Source: Mesotaenium endlicherianum
Lineage: Eukaryota
Reading direction: 5' to 3'
Length of the DNA: 20,000 nucleotides
Assembly: GCA_009602735.1 (NCBI GenBank)
Contig: WELA01001229.1
Span: forward strand, 61,997 to 81,996
Below the pieces are notes generated by a model. The model made no database searches. It was not told the origin of the DNA and saw nothing but the letters and a program-made list of their open reading frames with translations. The translations under genes and the position numbers were made by a program. Numbering within the stretch: position 1 is the stretch's first letter; each line of letters opens with the position of its first letter. This document shows, piece after piece, positions 7,187-16,033 of this stretch.

Positions 7187-9902
7187 GAAAAAGAATGGGA
7201 GTATGCGGATGTGTGTTGATTACAGAGCTCTTAACAGAATTACAGTAAAGAACAAGTATGCTTTACAAGGACTTGCTTGATACCCTGTCTGGTGCTAAAG
7301 TGTTCAGTAAGATAGATCTCAAGAGTGGTTATCATCTAATCAAAATTGCTGAGGGGGATGGACACAAGATTGCCTTTCGCACACGTTATGGACACTATGA
7401 GTTCCACGTGATGCCATTTGGACTGACTAATGCTCCTGCGACCTTCATGGGGTGCTATGAATGACATTTTCAGACCTTACTTGGATAAGTTTGTGCAAGT
7501 CTTCCTGGATGATATTTTAATTTTCTCTAAGGATGAACCTCAGCATGCTGAACACTTAAAGACAGTCATGGACACTCTGAGAAGGAACCAGTTGTGTGCT
7601 AAAATGAGCAAGTGTGATTTCTTCAAAGAAAGTATTAGATTTCTAGGCCATGTTGCCAGCAAAGAGGGCATCAGTTCGGATCCTAAGAAGGTCCAGACCA
7701 TAAGGGACTGGCTTATACCACAATCCGTCTTTGAAGTTAGATCCTTCCTTGGATTGGCTAACTACTATAGGAGATTTATTGAGAATTATTCTACAAAGGC
7801 CAGTAAACTAACTGACCTTACCAAGAAAGACATAGGGTATGTGTGGGGGGAAGACTAGCAGGCTGCCTTCCAGACTCTTAAAAATGCTCTTTGTTCTGCC
7901 CCAGTGCTAGTCGTGTATGAACCAAGCAAACCTGTGCAGGTGGTTACTGATGCCTCTGACTTTGCCATGGGTGCTATTTTGTTGCAGCCTGCTGACAAAA
8001 CCACAAAGGATGGTAAGGTAAAGCAGGCGTGGCATCCTGTGTTGTATGAGTCTATGAAATTCAATCCAAGTGAGATAAATTACTCTGTGCATGATAAAGA
8101 GCTGCTAGCAATCATTCATGTGCTCAAATAGTGGAGAGCATACTTACATGGTAGAGCTTTTAAGGTGATTTCAAATCATCAGCTCTGACTCACTTTGAGA
8201 AGAAGTCCAAGCTGTCGAGGAGGGAGAACCGCTGGAGCCAAATGCTGGAGCAGTTTCAAGTCCAGATTGACTACAAACCAGGGAAGTTGAATCCTGCTGA
8301 TGCACTCTCTAGAAGACCTCACTTGTAAAAAAGGAACTTTAGTCAGCATGCTCTAAATAAAGTCCTTTGTGCACTCACTTCACTAAAGGTGAAAAAGTCC
8401 TTCCTTGAACAACTTATGAAAGCCTACCTTTTTGACCCAATATTTGAGCCCAGCCCCACTGACGCGGTGTGTCCTGCTACTGCACTCGGGTATAAGCTTC
8501 AGGGAGGGGTCTGGGTGACTGGAACCACTTCAGGCAGGCTGAAGCTGGTCGTTGCTAATAACGTGGAAATAAGGTCCCTTTTACTGAGTCAAGCACATGA
8601 CAGTTTACTGGGTGGGCATTTGGGGCAAGCCAAAACTGTTGGCAAACTGGCAAACCATTATCATTTGGAGGGATTACCTCGGGAGGTCTTGAAATACGTT
8701 AAGTCCTGTGACCAGTGTTAGAAGAATAAGTCGAGGCACACACCACCGGGGGGCCTCTTACAACCGCTGCCCATCCCAGCTGGCCGCTGGGAAACAATAT
8801 CCATGGACTGGGTACTAACACTACCAAGAATTGCCAATGGGCATGATTCAATACTGGTAGTAGTGGATAAATTGACAAAAACGGTCATCTTCATCCCCAC
8901 AACTGTCAAAGTAACTGCACTCAAAACAGCGAGACATTTCTACAACCATGTAGTATGCCATCATGGGCTACTCTAAAATATCATCTCAGACAGAGATTCA
9001 AAATTTACCTCCAAGTCCTGGAGAGCTTTAATGAGGTTAATACGAGTCAAGCAGCTGCTCAGCACAGCAAACCACCCTCAGACTGATGGGCGGACTGAAA
9101 GAACTAACCGAGTTCTGCAAGAGGTACTGAGAGCCTATATTGAACCAAAGAACAAGATAATTGGGATGACCTGCTACCTCAAATCCAGTTTGCGGTCAAC
9201 AGTGCGGTGCACACGTCAACGGGCAAGACTCCTATTGAACTGAGCCTGGGTAGAGTCCCTAAGTCTCCTTCAGATGTACTGTGGGAGTCTTCAACTCACT
9301 CTGAAGGGATTGACAATCCGGTCTCCCTCCAGTTAACACAGGTGTTTGCTGACACCCTGTCAGAAGTCCAACAGAACCTGCACAAAGCCCAGGCAAACCA
9401 ACAAAAATACGCTAATCAGCACTGTCGAGAACTGATATTTTCTAAGGGCAATTTGGTCAAACTGCATTCTCAGCACCTGTACGTGCTTGGTGTGGTCAAG
9501 AAAAAGCTTAGTACTGTCTGGGTCGGTCCATATTTGGTGGTGCGTTGTGTCGATCAAAATGCTTACAAACTGAACATGTCAGCAGAATATTAGGGTCACC
9601 CGGTCTTTAATGTCTCCTTCCTGGAACCATACATCAAAGGTGACACACTGTTCACCGGTCGGTTACCTGTCCAACCGGGTGCGGTCCCCGCTGTCCGAGA
9701 TGGTGACCCTGAGGAATATGAGGTGGAGGAGATTTTAGACGCTCGCTCTGTCCGTCGATCATCTAAATATGTCATGAAGTACCTGGTCAGATGGAAGGGT
9801 TACAACGCCTCTGGGGACACTTGGAAATTTAAGGACCAGCTGACCAATGCCAAAGGGGCGTTGAAACGGTTCCACCTTCGGGCGGCTGGCACCCCTCCCT
9901 AA
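7187..9902 (+). pseudogene. pol: pol 3' part (RT, RNase H, integrase, chromodomain) with multiple stops and frameshifts
   Basis: Motifs [61 protein letters not shown] and chromodomain EEYEVEEIL...YLVRWKGY..DTW (9711 to about 9880). 8-nt deletion near 7266, extra G near 7450, stops at 7856, 8129, 8719 and 9591 among others. Confidence 0.95.
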
Positions 9903-9957
9903 CTGTCATTTCAGTGGCCATGGACTGGTGACAGGAGGTCCTGTCTCCGTATAAGTC

Positions 9958-9966
9958 GGAGGGGAA
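9958..9966 (+). promoter_or_regulatory. Polypurine tract of element B (GGAGGGGAA)
   Basis: 55 nt after the pol stop and immediately followed by TGT. Confidence 0.7.
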
Positions 9967-10488
9967 TGTGACAGTTAGTGACAGATAGTGACAGTTGGGA
10001 CAGGCAGCCCACCTTTAAAATTAAGTTGGAGGGAGTGTGTTCCGTTTCGCCCATACTCACTTTTTCTCTTTAACTCAATTCTCTCTTATACTCACTCACA
10101 CACTCACACAAGATATTACACACTAGGAACTCTCCCTATCACGTTCTTCTTAACCACGGGCACTCAGTAGCGGCAGAGTATCATGACTTCACTGACTGCA
10201 TTGTGTTTAAGATTGAGCAGGATGACTCAGAAGTCGGAACTTAAGAGAAAGAGAAGAGCGGAAGAGGCACATGCAGAATACTTGCAATTCCGTGGCGACA
10301 TCGAATCATCCTCCATCTCCGCTCGGGAATCACAACGACTCCAACAACAGCGAGAGGCACAGAAGAAGAAGGAGGAGGAGGAGCAAGCCAAGCTGAGGCA
10401 GGAAGAACTGGACAGAAAAGCTGCAGAGGAGGCCAAGAAGGCGGAAGAGGAGAGGCAAGCCGAGGAGAGGCGGAAGCAGCAGGCTGAA
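9967..10488 (+). repeat. Probable 5' (U3) part of the 3' LTR of element B, truncated by A2
   Basis: Starts TGT right after the PPT. Its last 14 nt AGCAGCAGGCTGAA equal 1929-1942 and 15404-15417 in B-family LTRs, but the rest is unlike the start of the C LTR. Confidence 0.55.
10183..10488 (+). CDS. Hypothetical E/K/R/Q-rich helical protein fragment, truncated by the A2 insertion
   Basis: 102 open codons before the junction, with KRKRR and EEEEQAKLRQEELDRKAAEEAKKAEEERQAEERRK. The last 7 codons of the listed ORF (to 10509) come from the A2 LTR. Confidence 0.5.
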
Positions 10489-10991
10489 TGTGGTGAAACA
10501 GATAGATAAAGTACTTAGTAAAACAAAATACTTTATCTATTCAAGACAAGGATCTTTGAACACAAGTGATAGCTTCTTCAAAGAGAGATGGCTTCTTGAA
10601 AGTTAATATATTTCTAGATTTTGGCAAGTACCAGAGTGATTCTGGAATGTCATTCTATGATCTAGCTCTTGTTTATATACTTGCTACATAAGTAAGTTCT
10701 AGAAAAGTGTATGTTGATGTGTTGGCACCCAACACATCCCAAAACTTGCCACCTCTTTCTAGAATAATGTACACATGTCCTTTTGACCTAAAAATGGCAC
10801 ATTTGACTTTTGCCACATGGAGTTCTTCTAGGTCTTTCCTCTAACTTCGAAAATGCCTTGGAAGGTTCAAAGGACATGAACCAAGTTACTAGAGTACCTA
10901 TTCACACTTGACTCCACACAATACTACTCCAAATATATTTGAAAACATTAAAATATATGCAAACTAATATATAATAACTCAAATCACTACA
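10489..10991 (-). repeat. 3' LTR of A2 (503 bp)
   Basis: TGTGGTGA...TCACTACA, a direct repeat of 1422-1924. Confidence 0.97.
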
Positions 10992-11001
10992 TCACCCCCC
11001 C
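10992..11001 (-). promoter_or_regulatory. Polypurine tract of A2 (GGGGGGGTGA)
   Basis: G7 run directly before the TG of the LTR on the minus strand. Confidence 0.9.
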
Positions 11002-11028
11002 GATAGAAAAAGCGACGTCTCGGCGCGT

Positions 11029-11157
11029 CAAGTCAGGTCTTACACATGTGGAGCAAACTAGTCAACAGTTTCAAGTCAGATGCCACACATGTGAAGAGGA
11101 CTAGTCAAAGGCGCCAAGTCAGGTGCTACACATGTAAGGTAGACTAGGCAAGGTCGT
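11029..11157. repeat. Three diverged 43-bp tandem repeats in the A2 3' UTR
   Basis: CAAGTCAG at 11029, 11072 and 11115, each followed by ACACATGT and ACTAG at constant offsets. Confidence 0.9.
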
Positions 11158-11750
11158 AGGTGGTGTGACCTTATTGGCTAGCCTACTCCTTAATGATAAA
11201 GAAAATTGTACAAGTTGGCCCAGAATCTGCCACGAATTCAAAAATTCATAGCGGCCACAGAACTGCTCCAAATCAAAAAATTCGAGTGCCAGACGGACCG
11301 CGTCGGAGAATTCTACCGTGTCACCAAATTTGAGAGCATTCTAATTTTTGGAGTGTCGTTGAGAGCTGAGAGAGTAGGCACTCCTCCAAATCTGTGCAGA
11401 AACTTCTGAAAAGCATAAACCCTTCTATGCATCTCCAAATGCTGCAAACTAAGTCTCAAACTGGGCGCTGTAAGATGTTTTACCAGAGTCTTGAGTTTCA
11501 GAGCATTCTAAGTTCAGGGGGGGGCACAATGTCAGAAGGCATATTCTGCCCTAAGAATGCCAGCAGCCTGACCCCCTTCTACTTAGAGCATCATATCTCT
11601 CTCACCAGTGCTCCAAATTGAGCAAACTATGACCGGCTACTCATGGACTACAGCCAGGTAAATTTTCAGAATTAATTATGCAGAGACCTATCACCAGTAG
11701 CAGTTTTAGTTTTCTGTCCAGAAACTACGAGAAGAGAATAGTGTCTAATG

Positions 11751-14693
11751 TCAATTTTTCCTCTTTCTTGTTCTTGCAGGCTGCCTCCAAGGGGTCTTCT
11801 GCTGCTTCTTGATGGTGGCAGGCTGCCTCCCTGAAGTCTTCGGGCTTCTAGTAGAGAGACTTGGGGCTGGTCCAAGATGGGGGTTGGCGGCATGGAAGCG
11901 CTTCAACTTTCTCTGAACTTTGTCAAGGTAGTGCGCCGCCACCCAACTATTCTCCGAATCTGGATATCCTTTCCACTTGATCAAGTATTGCTGCTGTCTC
12001 CTGAAATTTCTCATAGCCACTATGTCTTCCACTTCGTACTCCAAATGATCATCCACTATTGTTGGGGCTGGTGGGGTTGTCACACGTCCTGGGAACTTGT
12101 TGTCGGGTTGCACATATGGCTTGAAGAGGGAAGCGTGGAATACGGGGTCGATGTGCATAGTCTGGGGAAGTTCTAGCTTGAAAGCAACGGGGTTGACTTG
12201 CTGGATAATCTTGAAGGGTCCCAAATACTTGGGAGAGAACTTGCTGCCGGCAGGCCTGTTGTTCAGGGAAATGTTCTTGGATGATAGTAACACGTTGTCA
12301 CCCACTCTGTACGTAATTTCTCTTCTGGATCTGTTCGCCACTCTTGCTTGAGCATCTTGCGCGTGTTGTAGAGCTTTCTTCGCTGCTGTAAGGGCTGCTT
12401 CTAATGTCTCCATAAAATCTGTGGCTGCAGGTACTTCATCATGGCCAGCCGTGAAGCTCAGTGGCGTGGTCGGATGGAAGCCATAGTTGAGGAAGAATGG
12501 GGACTCTTGGGTAGAGGCCTGCGTAGTGTTGTTGTAGGCAAACTCGAGGGGGGTCAAGTACATGTCCCAGTCTTGCTCGAGGGTAGACACGTAGGCCTTT
12601 AGAGAGGTCTTTAGGGTACGATTCATACGCTCGGTTTGCCCATCTGATTGTGGGTGGTAGGCAGTAGACATATCCAGCGATGTACCCAAGTTCTTGAAGA
12701 GATTTTTCCAGAAATGGCTTGTGAATCTTGGATCTCTATCTGACACAATTCTTGATGGTAGTCCATGGAGTCGGAAGATGTTGTCAAAGATGAGTCTTGC
12801 AAGTTGTGGTGCTGTAGCCTTAGTCGTCGTGGGAATAAAATGAGCCATCTTGGTAAGTCTGTCCACCACCGTGAGTATTGCATTATGGCCTCGAGGTGTC
12901 ACGGGCAAGTCCACGATAAGGTCCATTGAGATGTCCGTCCATTGTCTTTCGGGGATTGGTAGTGGTTGGAGGAGTCCTCCCGCCTTTTGCGATGATGGCT
13001 TGATTCTTTGGCATGTGTCACAGCTCCTGCAGTACTCCTTGACTTGCTTAGACATGCCTGGCCAACAATAAGTCCTAGCTAGAACGCCCGTGGTCCTTAG
13101 GATTCCAAAGTGTCCTCCAAGAGGGTTGTCGTGTGCTTCTCGTAGAAGCAAGAGCCGGAGGTCTAAGTCATTAGGAACACATCTCTGGCCCGTATCTTGC
13201 CTCACCCAATAATTGCCTTCTTGCTTCTTGCATGGGTCCAAGGCTGCTTCTCCGTTCTTGTAGTAAGGGTCTCTTTCATAGGCGGCTGAAAATCGAGCTT
13301 CCAGATCTGTCTTCAGGGATACCATCACTGCATTTAATTGCAGTCTTGAGAGGGGGTCAGCCGGGTTTGTCTTGCCGGGCTGGTACTGAATCGTGATGTT
13401 GTATTGTTGCAAGTATCCGCTCCATCTTGCTTGTCTCCTTGAGAGATACGGCTGCGTTTGGAGGTGCTTTAACGCCTCGTGGTCCGTGGTGACCAGTACT
13501 TTGCGTCCTTCAACGTAGCAGCGCCAAACCTTCAAGGCATGTACAATCGCCAATGCCTCTCGCTCCGTGGTTGTATAATTTTGCTCGGCTGGATTTAGCT
13601 TCCTTGACTCGTAGGCGATGGGCTGCAGTCCCTTGCCTTGGTCTTGAAGCAGGATTGCTCCTATTGCATAGGAAGATGCATCGGTGATGACGTGGAAGGG
13701 CCAATCTGGGTTTGGACTTGGGAGTGTGAGCACCGGGGATGTGGTCAATCTTCGCTTTAACTCTTGAAATGCCTCTTCCTCTTTCTCGGTCCATGTATAT
13801 AGCCTGTCCTTCTTGAGTAGATCTGTCAGGGGGGCTGCTATGTGCGAGAAGCCTTGGATGAATTTTCTGTACCAATTGGCAAATCCCAAGAATGACTGGA
13901 GTTCTTTCTTGGTCGTGGGGGTTGGCCATTCCTCCACCACCGTGGTCTTCTTGGGGTCTATCTTGATGCCATCAGCAGTCACGTGGAGACCTAGGAACTC
14001 CACTTCTTGTTTGGCAAACTCGCATTTTGACTCCTTCGCAAACAGCTTGTTTTGCTTCAATACTTCAAGGACTTCTTTCAAGTGTCTCGCATGCTCTTCA
14101 AGGGTCTTTTTGTAGATAAGGATGTCATCGATGAATACCACCACAAATCTGTCTAATATGGGCTGAAATATGGTGTTCATCATAGTCATGAAAGTTGCTG
14201 GCGCGTTGGTGAGTCCAAATGGCAAGACCATGAACTCAAAATGTCCATATCTTGTCCTGAATGCCGTCTTCTCTATGTCCGGTTCTGCGATGCGAATCTG
14301 GTGGTAGCCGCTCCGTAAGTCAATCTTCGTGAAGTACTTGGCTCCAACCAGCCGGTCCATGAGCTCATCCATGCGCGGCAGCGGGTATCGATTCTTGATG
14401 GTGATCTTGTTGAGGGCGCGATAGTCCACACACATCCTCAAGGTACCATCTTTCTTCTTGACAAATAGCACCGGGGCTCCAAATGGCGACTTGCTAGGTC
14501 GAATGAAGCCATGCTCCAGTAGCTCCTTGATTTGCTTCTTGACTTCGTCTAGCTCCGTGTATGACATTTTGAAGGTAGGCCGAGAGATGGGCTCACTTCC
14601 GGGCTCCAACTCTATCTTGTGGTCTACGAATCTTTTGGGGGGTAGGCCCTTGGGCAATTCNGAGAACACTTCTATGTAGTCCTCTAAGACTTC
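11751..14693 (-). CDS. pol: Pol RT-RNase H-integrase-chromodomain, uninterrupted frame
   Basis: [44 protein letters not shown] (SMDL, SDRD, TERMN), GPF and chromodomain [23 protein letters not shown] (about 12041-11892). Confidence 0.96.
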   Translation of the reverse strand, partial: EVLEDYIEVFXELPKGLPPKRFVDHKIELEPGSEPISRPTFKMSYTELDEVKKQIKELLEHGFIRPSKSPFGAPVLFVKKKDGTLRMCVDYRALNKITIKNRYPLPRMDELMDRLVGAKYFTKIDLRSGYHQIRIAEPDIEKTAFRTRYGHFEFMVLPFGLTNAPATFMTMMNTIFQPILDRFVVVFIDDILIYKKTLEEHARHLKEVLEVLKQNKLFAKESKCEFAKQEVEFLGLHVTADGIKIDPKKTTVVEEWPTPTTKKELQSFLGFANWYRKFIQGFSHIAAPLTDLLKKDRLYTWTEKEEEAFQELKRRLTTSPVLTLPSPNPDWPFHVITDASSYAIGAILLQDQGKGLQPIAYESRKLNPAEQNYTTTEREALAIVHALKVWRCYVEGRKVLVTTDHEALKHLQTQPYLSRRQARWSGYLQQYNITIQYQPGKTNPADPLSRLQLNAVMVSLKTDLEARFSAAYERDPYYKNGEAALDPCKKQEGNYWVRQDTGQRCVPNDLDLRLLLLREAHDNPLGGHFGILRTTGVLARTYCWPGMSKQVKEYCRSCDTCQRIKPSSQKAGGLLQPLPIPERQWTDISMDLIVDLPVTPRGHNAILTVVDRLTKMAHFIPTTTKATAPQLARLIFDNIFRLHGLPSRIVSDRDPRFTSHFWKNLFKNLGTSLDMSTAYHPQSDGQTERMNRTLKTSLKAYVSTLEQDWDMYLTPLEFAYNNTTQASTQESPFFLNYGFHPTTPLSFTAGHDEVPAATDFMETLEAALTAAKKALQHAQDAQARVANRSRREITYRVGDNVLLSSKNISLNNRPAGSKFSPKYLGPFKIIQQVNPVAFKLELPQTMHIDPVFHASLFKPYVQPDNKFPGRVTTPPAPTIVDDHLEYEVEDIVAMRNFRRQQQYLIKWKGYPDSENSWVAAHYLDKVQRKLKRFHAANPHLGPAPSLSTRSPKTSGRQPATIKKQQKTPWRQPARTRKRKN

Positions 14694-15243
14694 TTATATC
14701 TCCTTGGGAACGGGGCTACCTTCTTGACTCGATGTCTTTCTTGATGTCTTTTGGCGTGATCAAGGCCAAAAGAAGCTCGTGTCCCTTCCTCACAAGTCTC
14801 TTGAGTTGGAGGGTGGACAATGGTATCTCGTGTGCCGGCTTCTCAACGTCTTGGGTCTGGATATTCTGGGTTGCGCGCAAAATACAGATTCTTGAAGTGA
14901 TGTCATTCTTGATCTTGATAGAACGGTCCTCCAATCAACTTGGGGGTTGTGCTTGGTCAGCCAAGGAGTCCCTAGGATGACGACGTACTTGCCCAATTGC
15001 ATGGGGGAGAACACTACTCTATCCTTGAAGGACTTGATAGAGAGTGCCAAGGGGTACGTCTTCTTGGAAGGGGTAGTGTAGGAGAATCCATCGGCCATCA
15101 TAATCTCCTCGTCGTGGTCAAGAGTTCGCATAGTAATACCGTGCTTGGTGGCGAAATCTGCAGCAATGAAGTTGCCTTGAGCTCCGCTATCCACCAAGAT
15201 GTGGACCTTCTCTCCTCCAAGATAACCTCTCAAACTCATTGGG
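14694..15243 (-). pseudogene. pol: Aspartic protease and linker of A2 pol, disrupted
   Basis: ILVDSGAQGNFI and VILGTPWL. Apparent frameshifts near 14930 and 14727, TAA at 14696-14694, cut at 15243 by element C. An N at 14661 means some lesions could be sequencing errors. Confidence 0.88.
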
Positions 15244-15999
15244 TGTAATGAATCAGTATATTAGTAGATATAATATTCATTTAAATATAATAGTTAATTT
15301 AGTTCAGCCTGCTGAACTAAAGTTAGTATTTTGTCTGCTGAACTTTAGTTAATAATCAGTCTGCTGGACTTTACATAATTATTAGTTTAATGACTCGGCC
15401 GAAAGCAGCAGGCTGAAGTCAACTTAAGTCAGCTTGCTGACACATTCTTTGACAGCCAGCTGACTTCCGTGCTCGGTAGCAGCGAACTGCCTTGATATGC
15501 ATCTAAGTACCACCTGCTAGATGAATGGCCAGATGACATCCCCATGATGGATGGCTATTCGGGATGATGGGAGATGGCGGTGGATTTGGTTAACCGAGGT
15601 CCTACCAACGTGGTTAACTCCCGGGTAGGCGGTGCCATCGCACTGACCGTTGAACAGTAAACTCATTCCATGTACATATGCTAGGCATTGCTCTCGGGTT
15701 CGGCATTCGGACACGAGGCCAACTCTCTTGTACAGCTTACTGAGAGAGACCTGAATCCAAGGCTAGAAGCCATTGATACGCACTGTCTTCTAACCTTGCT
15801 TATGTATGAGTTTACTGATTTGCATTTTGATGCTAGTTTACCTCNTAGTTTACTCATTTGACTGACGAGTATTATCCACTGCTAGTGTGTTGTCCTTTGC
15901 CGTTAAACCAGTTAAACGGAAAATACCATAAAGATTACTTGCTGATATAAAGATCTTTATTAATTGTTAATCGCTTATTTGGTAAGTCGATTCATTTCA
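15244..15999 (+). repeat. 5' LTR of element C (756 bp)
   Basis: Inverted termini TGTAATGAATC...GATTCATTTCA (10/11), followed by the PBS. Confidence 0.92.
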
Positions 16000-16000
16000 G

Positions 16001-16012
16001 TGGTATCGGAGC
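16001..16012 (+). promoter_or_regulatory. Primer binding site, tRNA-iMet type (TGGTATCGGAGC)
   Basis: 1 nt after the LTR CA and 21 nt before the gag ATG. Confidence 0.92.
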
Positions 16013-16033
16013 AGTTATCACAGTCTTCTTTGT

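Larger units (their letters stand above)
1925..10488 (+). mobile_element. Ty3/gypsy chromovirus, family B copy B, decayed, interrupted at both ends by family-A copies and internally by a piggyBac
   Basis: Order is LTR remainder, PBS, gag, PR, RT, RH, IN, chromodomain, PPT, TG. Colinear with copy C from about 15400 to 20000. Confidence 0.92.
10489..15243 (-). mobile_element. Ty3/gypsy chromovirus, family A copy A2 (pol, 3' UTR, PPT, 3' LTR; 5' part displaced by element C)
   Basis: PR-RT-RH-IN-CHD order. PPT abuts the LTR. LTR is about 97% identical to the A1 LTR. Confidence 0.95.

Noticed and set aside
4126..9593. CAG/CAA to stop changes as evidence for RIP, CHG methylation or a reassigned genetic code
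   Set aside because: Nonsense mutations are inherently biased to these codons, and C's pol and A2's RT-IN have no such internal stops. A full substitution spectrum would be needed.
1422..10991. One full-length element bounded by the two 503-bp direct repeats and containing the + strand gag-pol
   Set aside because: The PBS (1405-1420) and PPT (10992-11001) belonging to these LTRs lie outside the pair on the minus strand. The outer flanks ACCAC and TCACC are not a TSD, and the interior has its own LTR and PBS. The LTRs belong to two different copies.
11029..11157. CRISPR-like array
   Set aside because: Only three degenerate contiguous units, no unique spacers, no cas genes, and a eukaryotic retroelement context.
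12097..14980. Numerous 60-140 aa ORFs overlapping pol or gag in other frames or strands
   Set aside because: Shadow ORFs of long coding sequences with no motifs.
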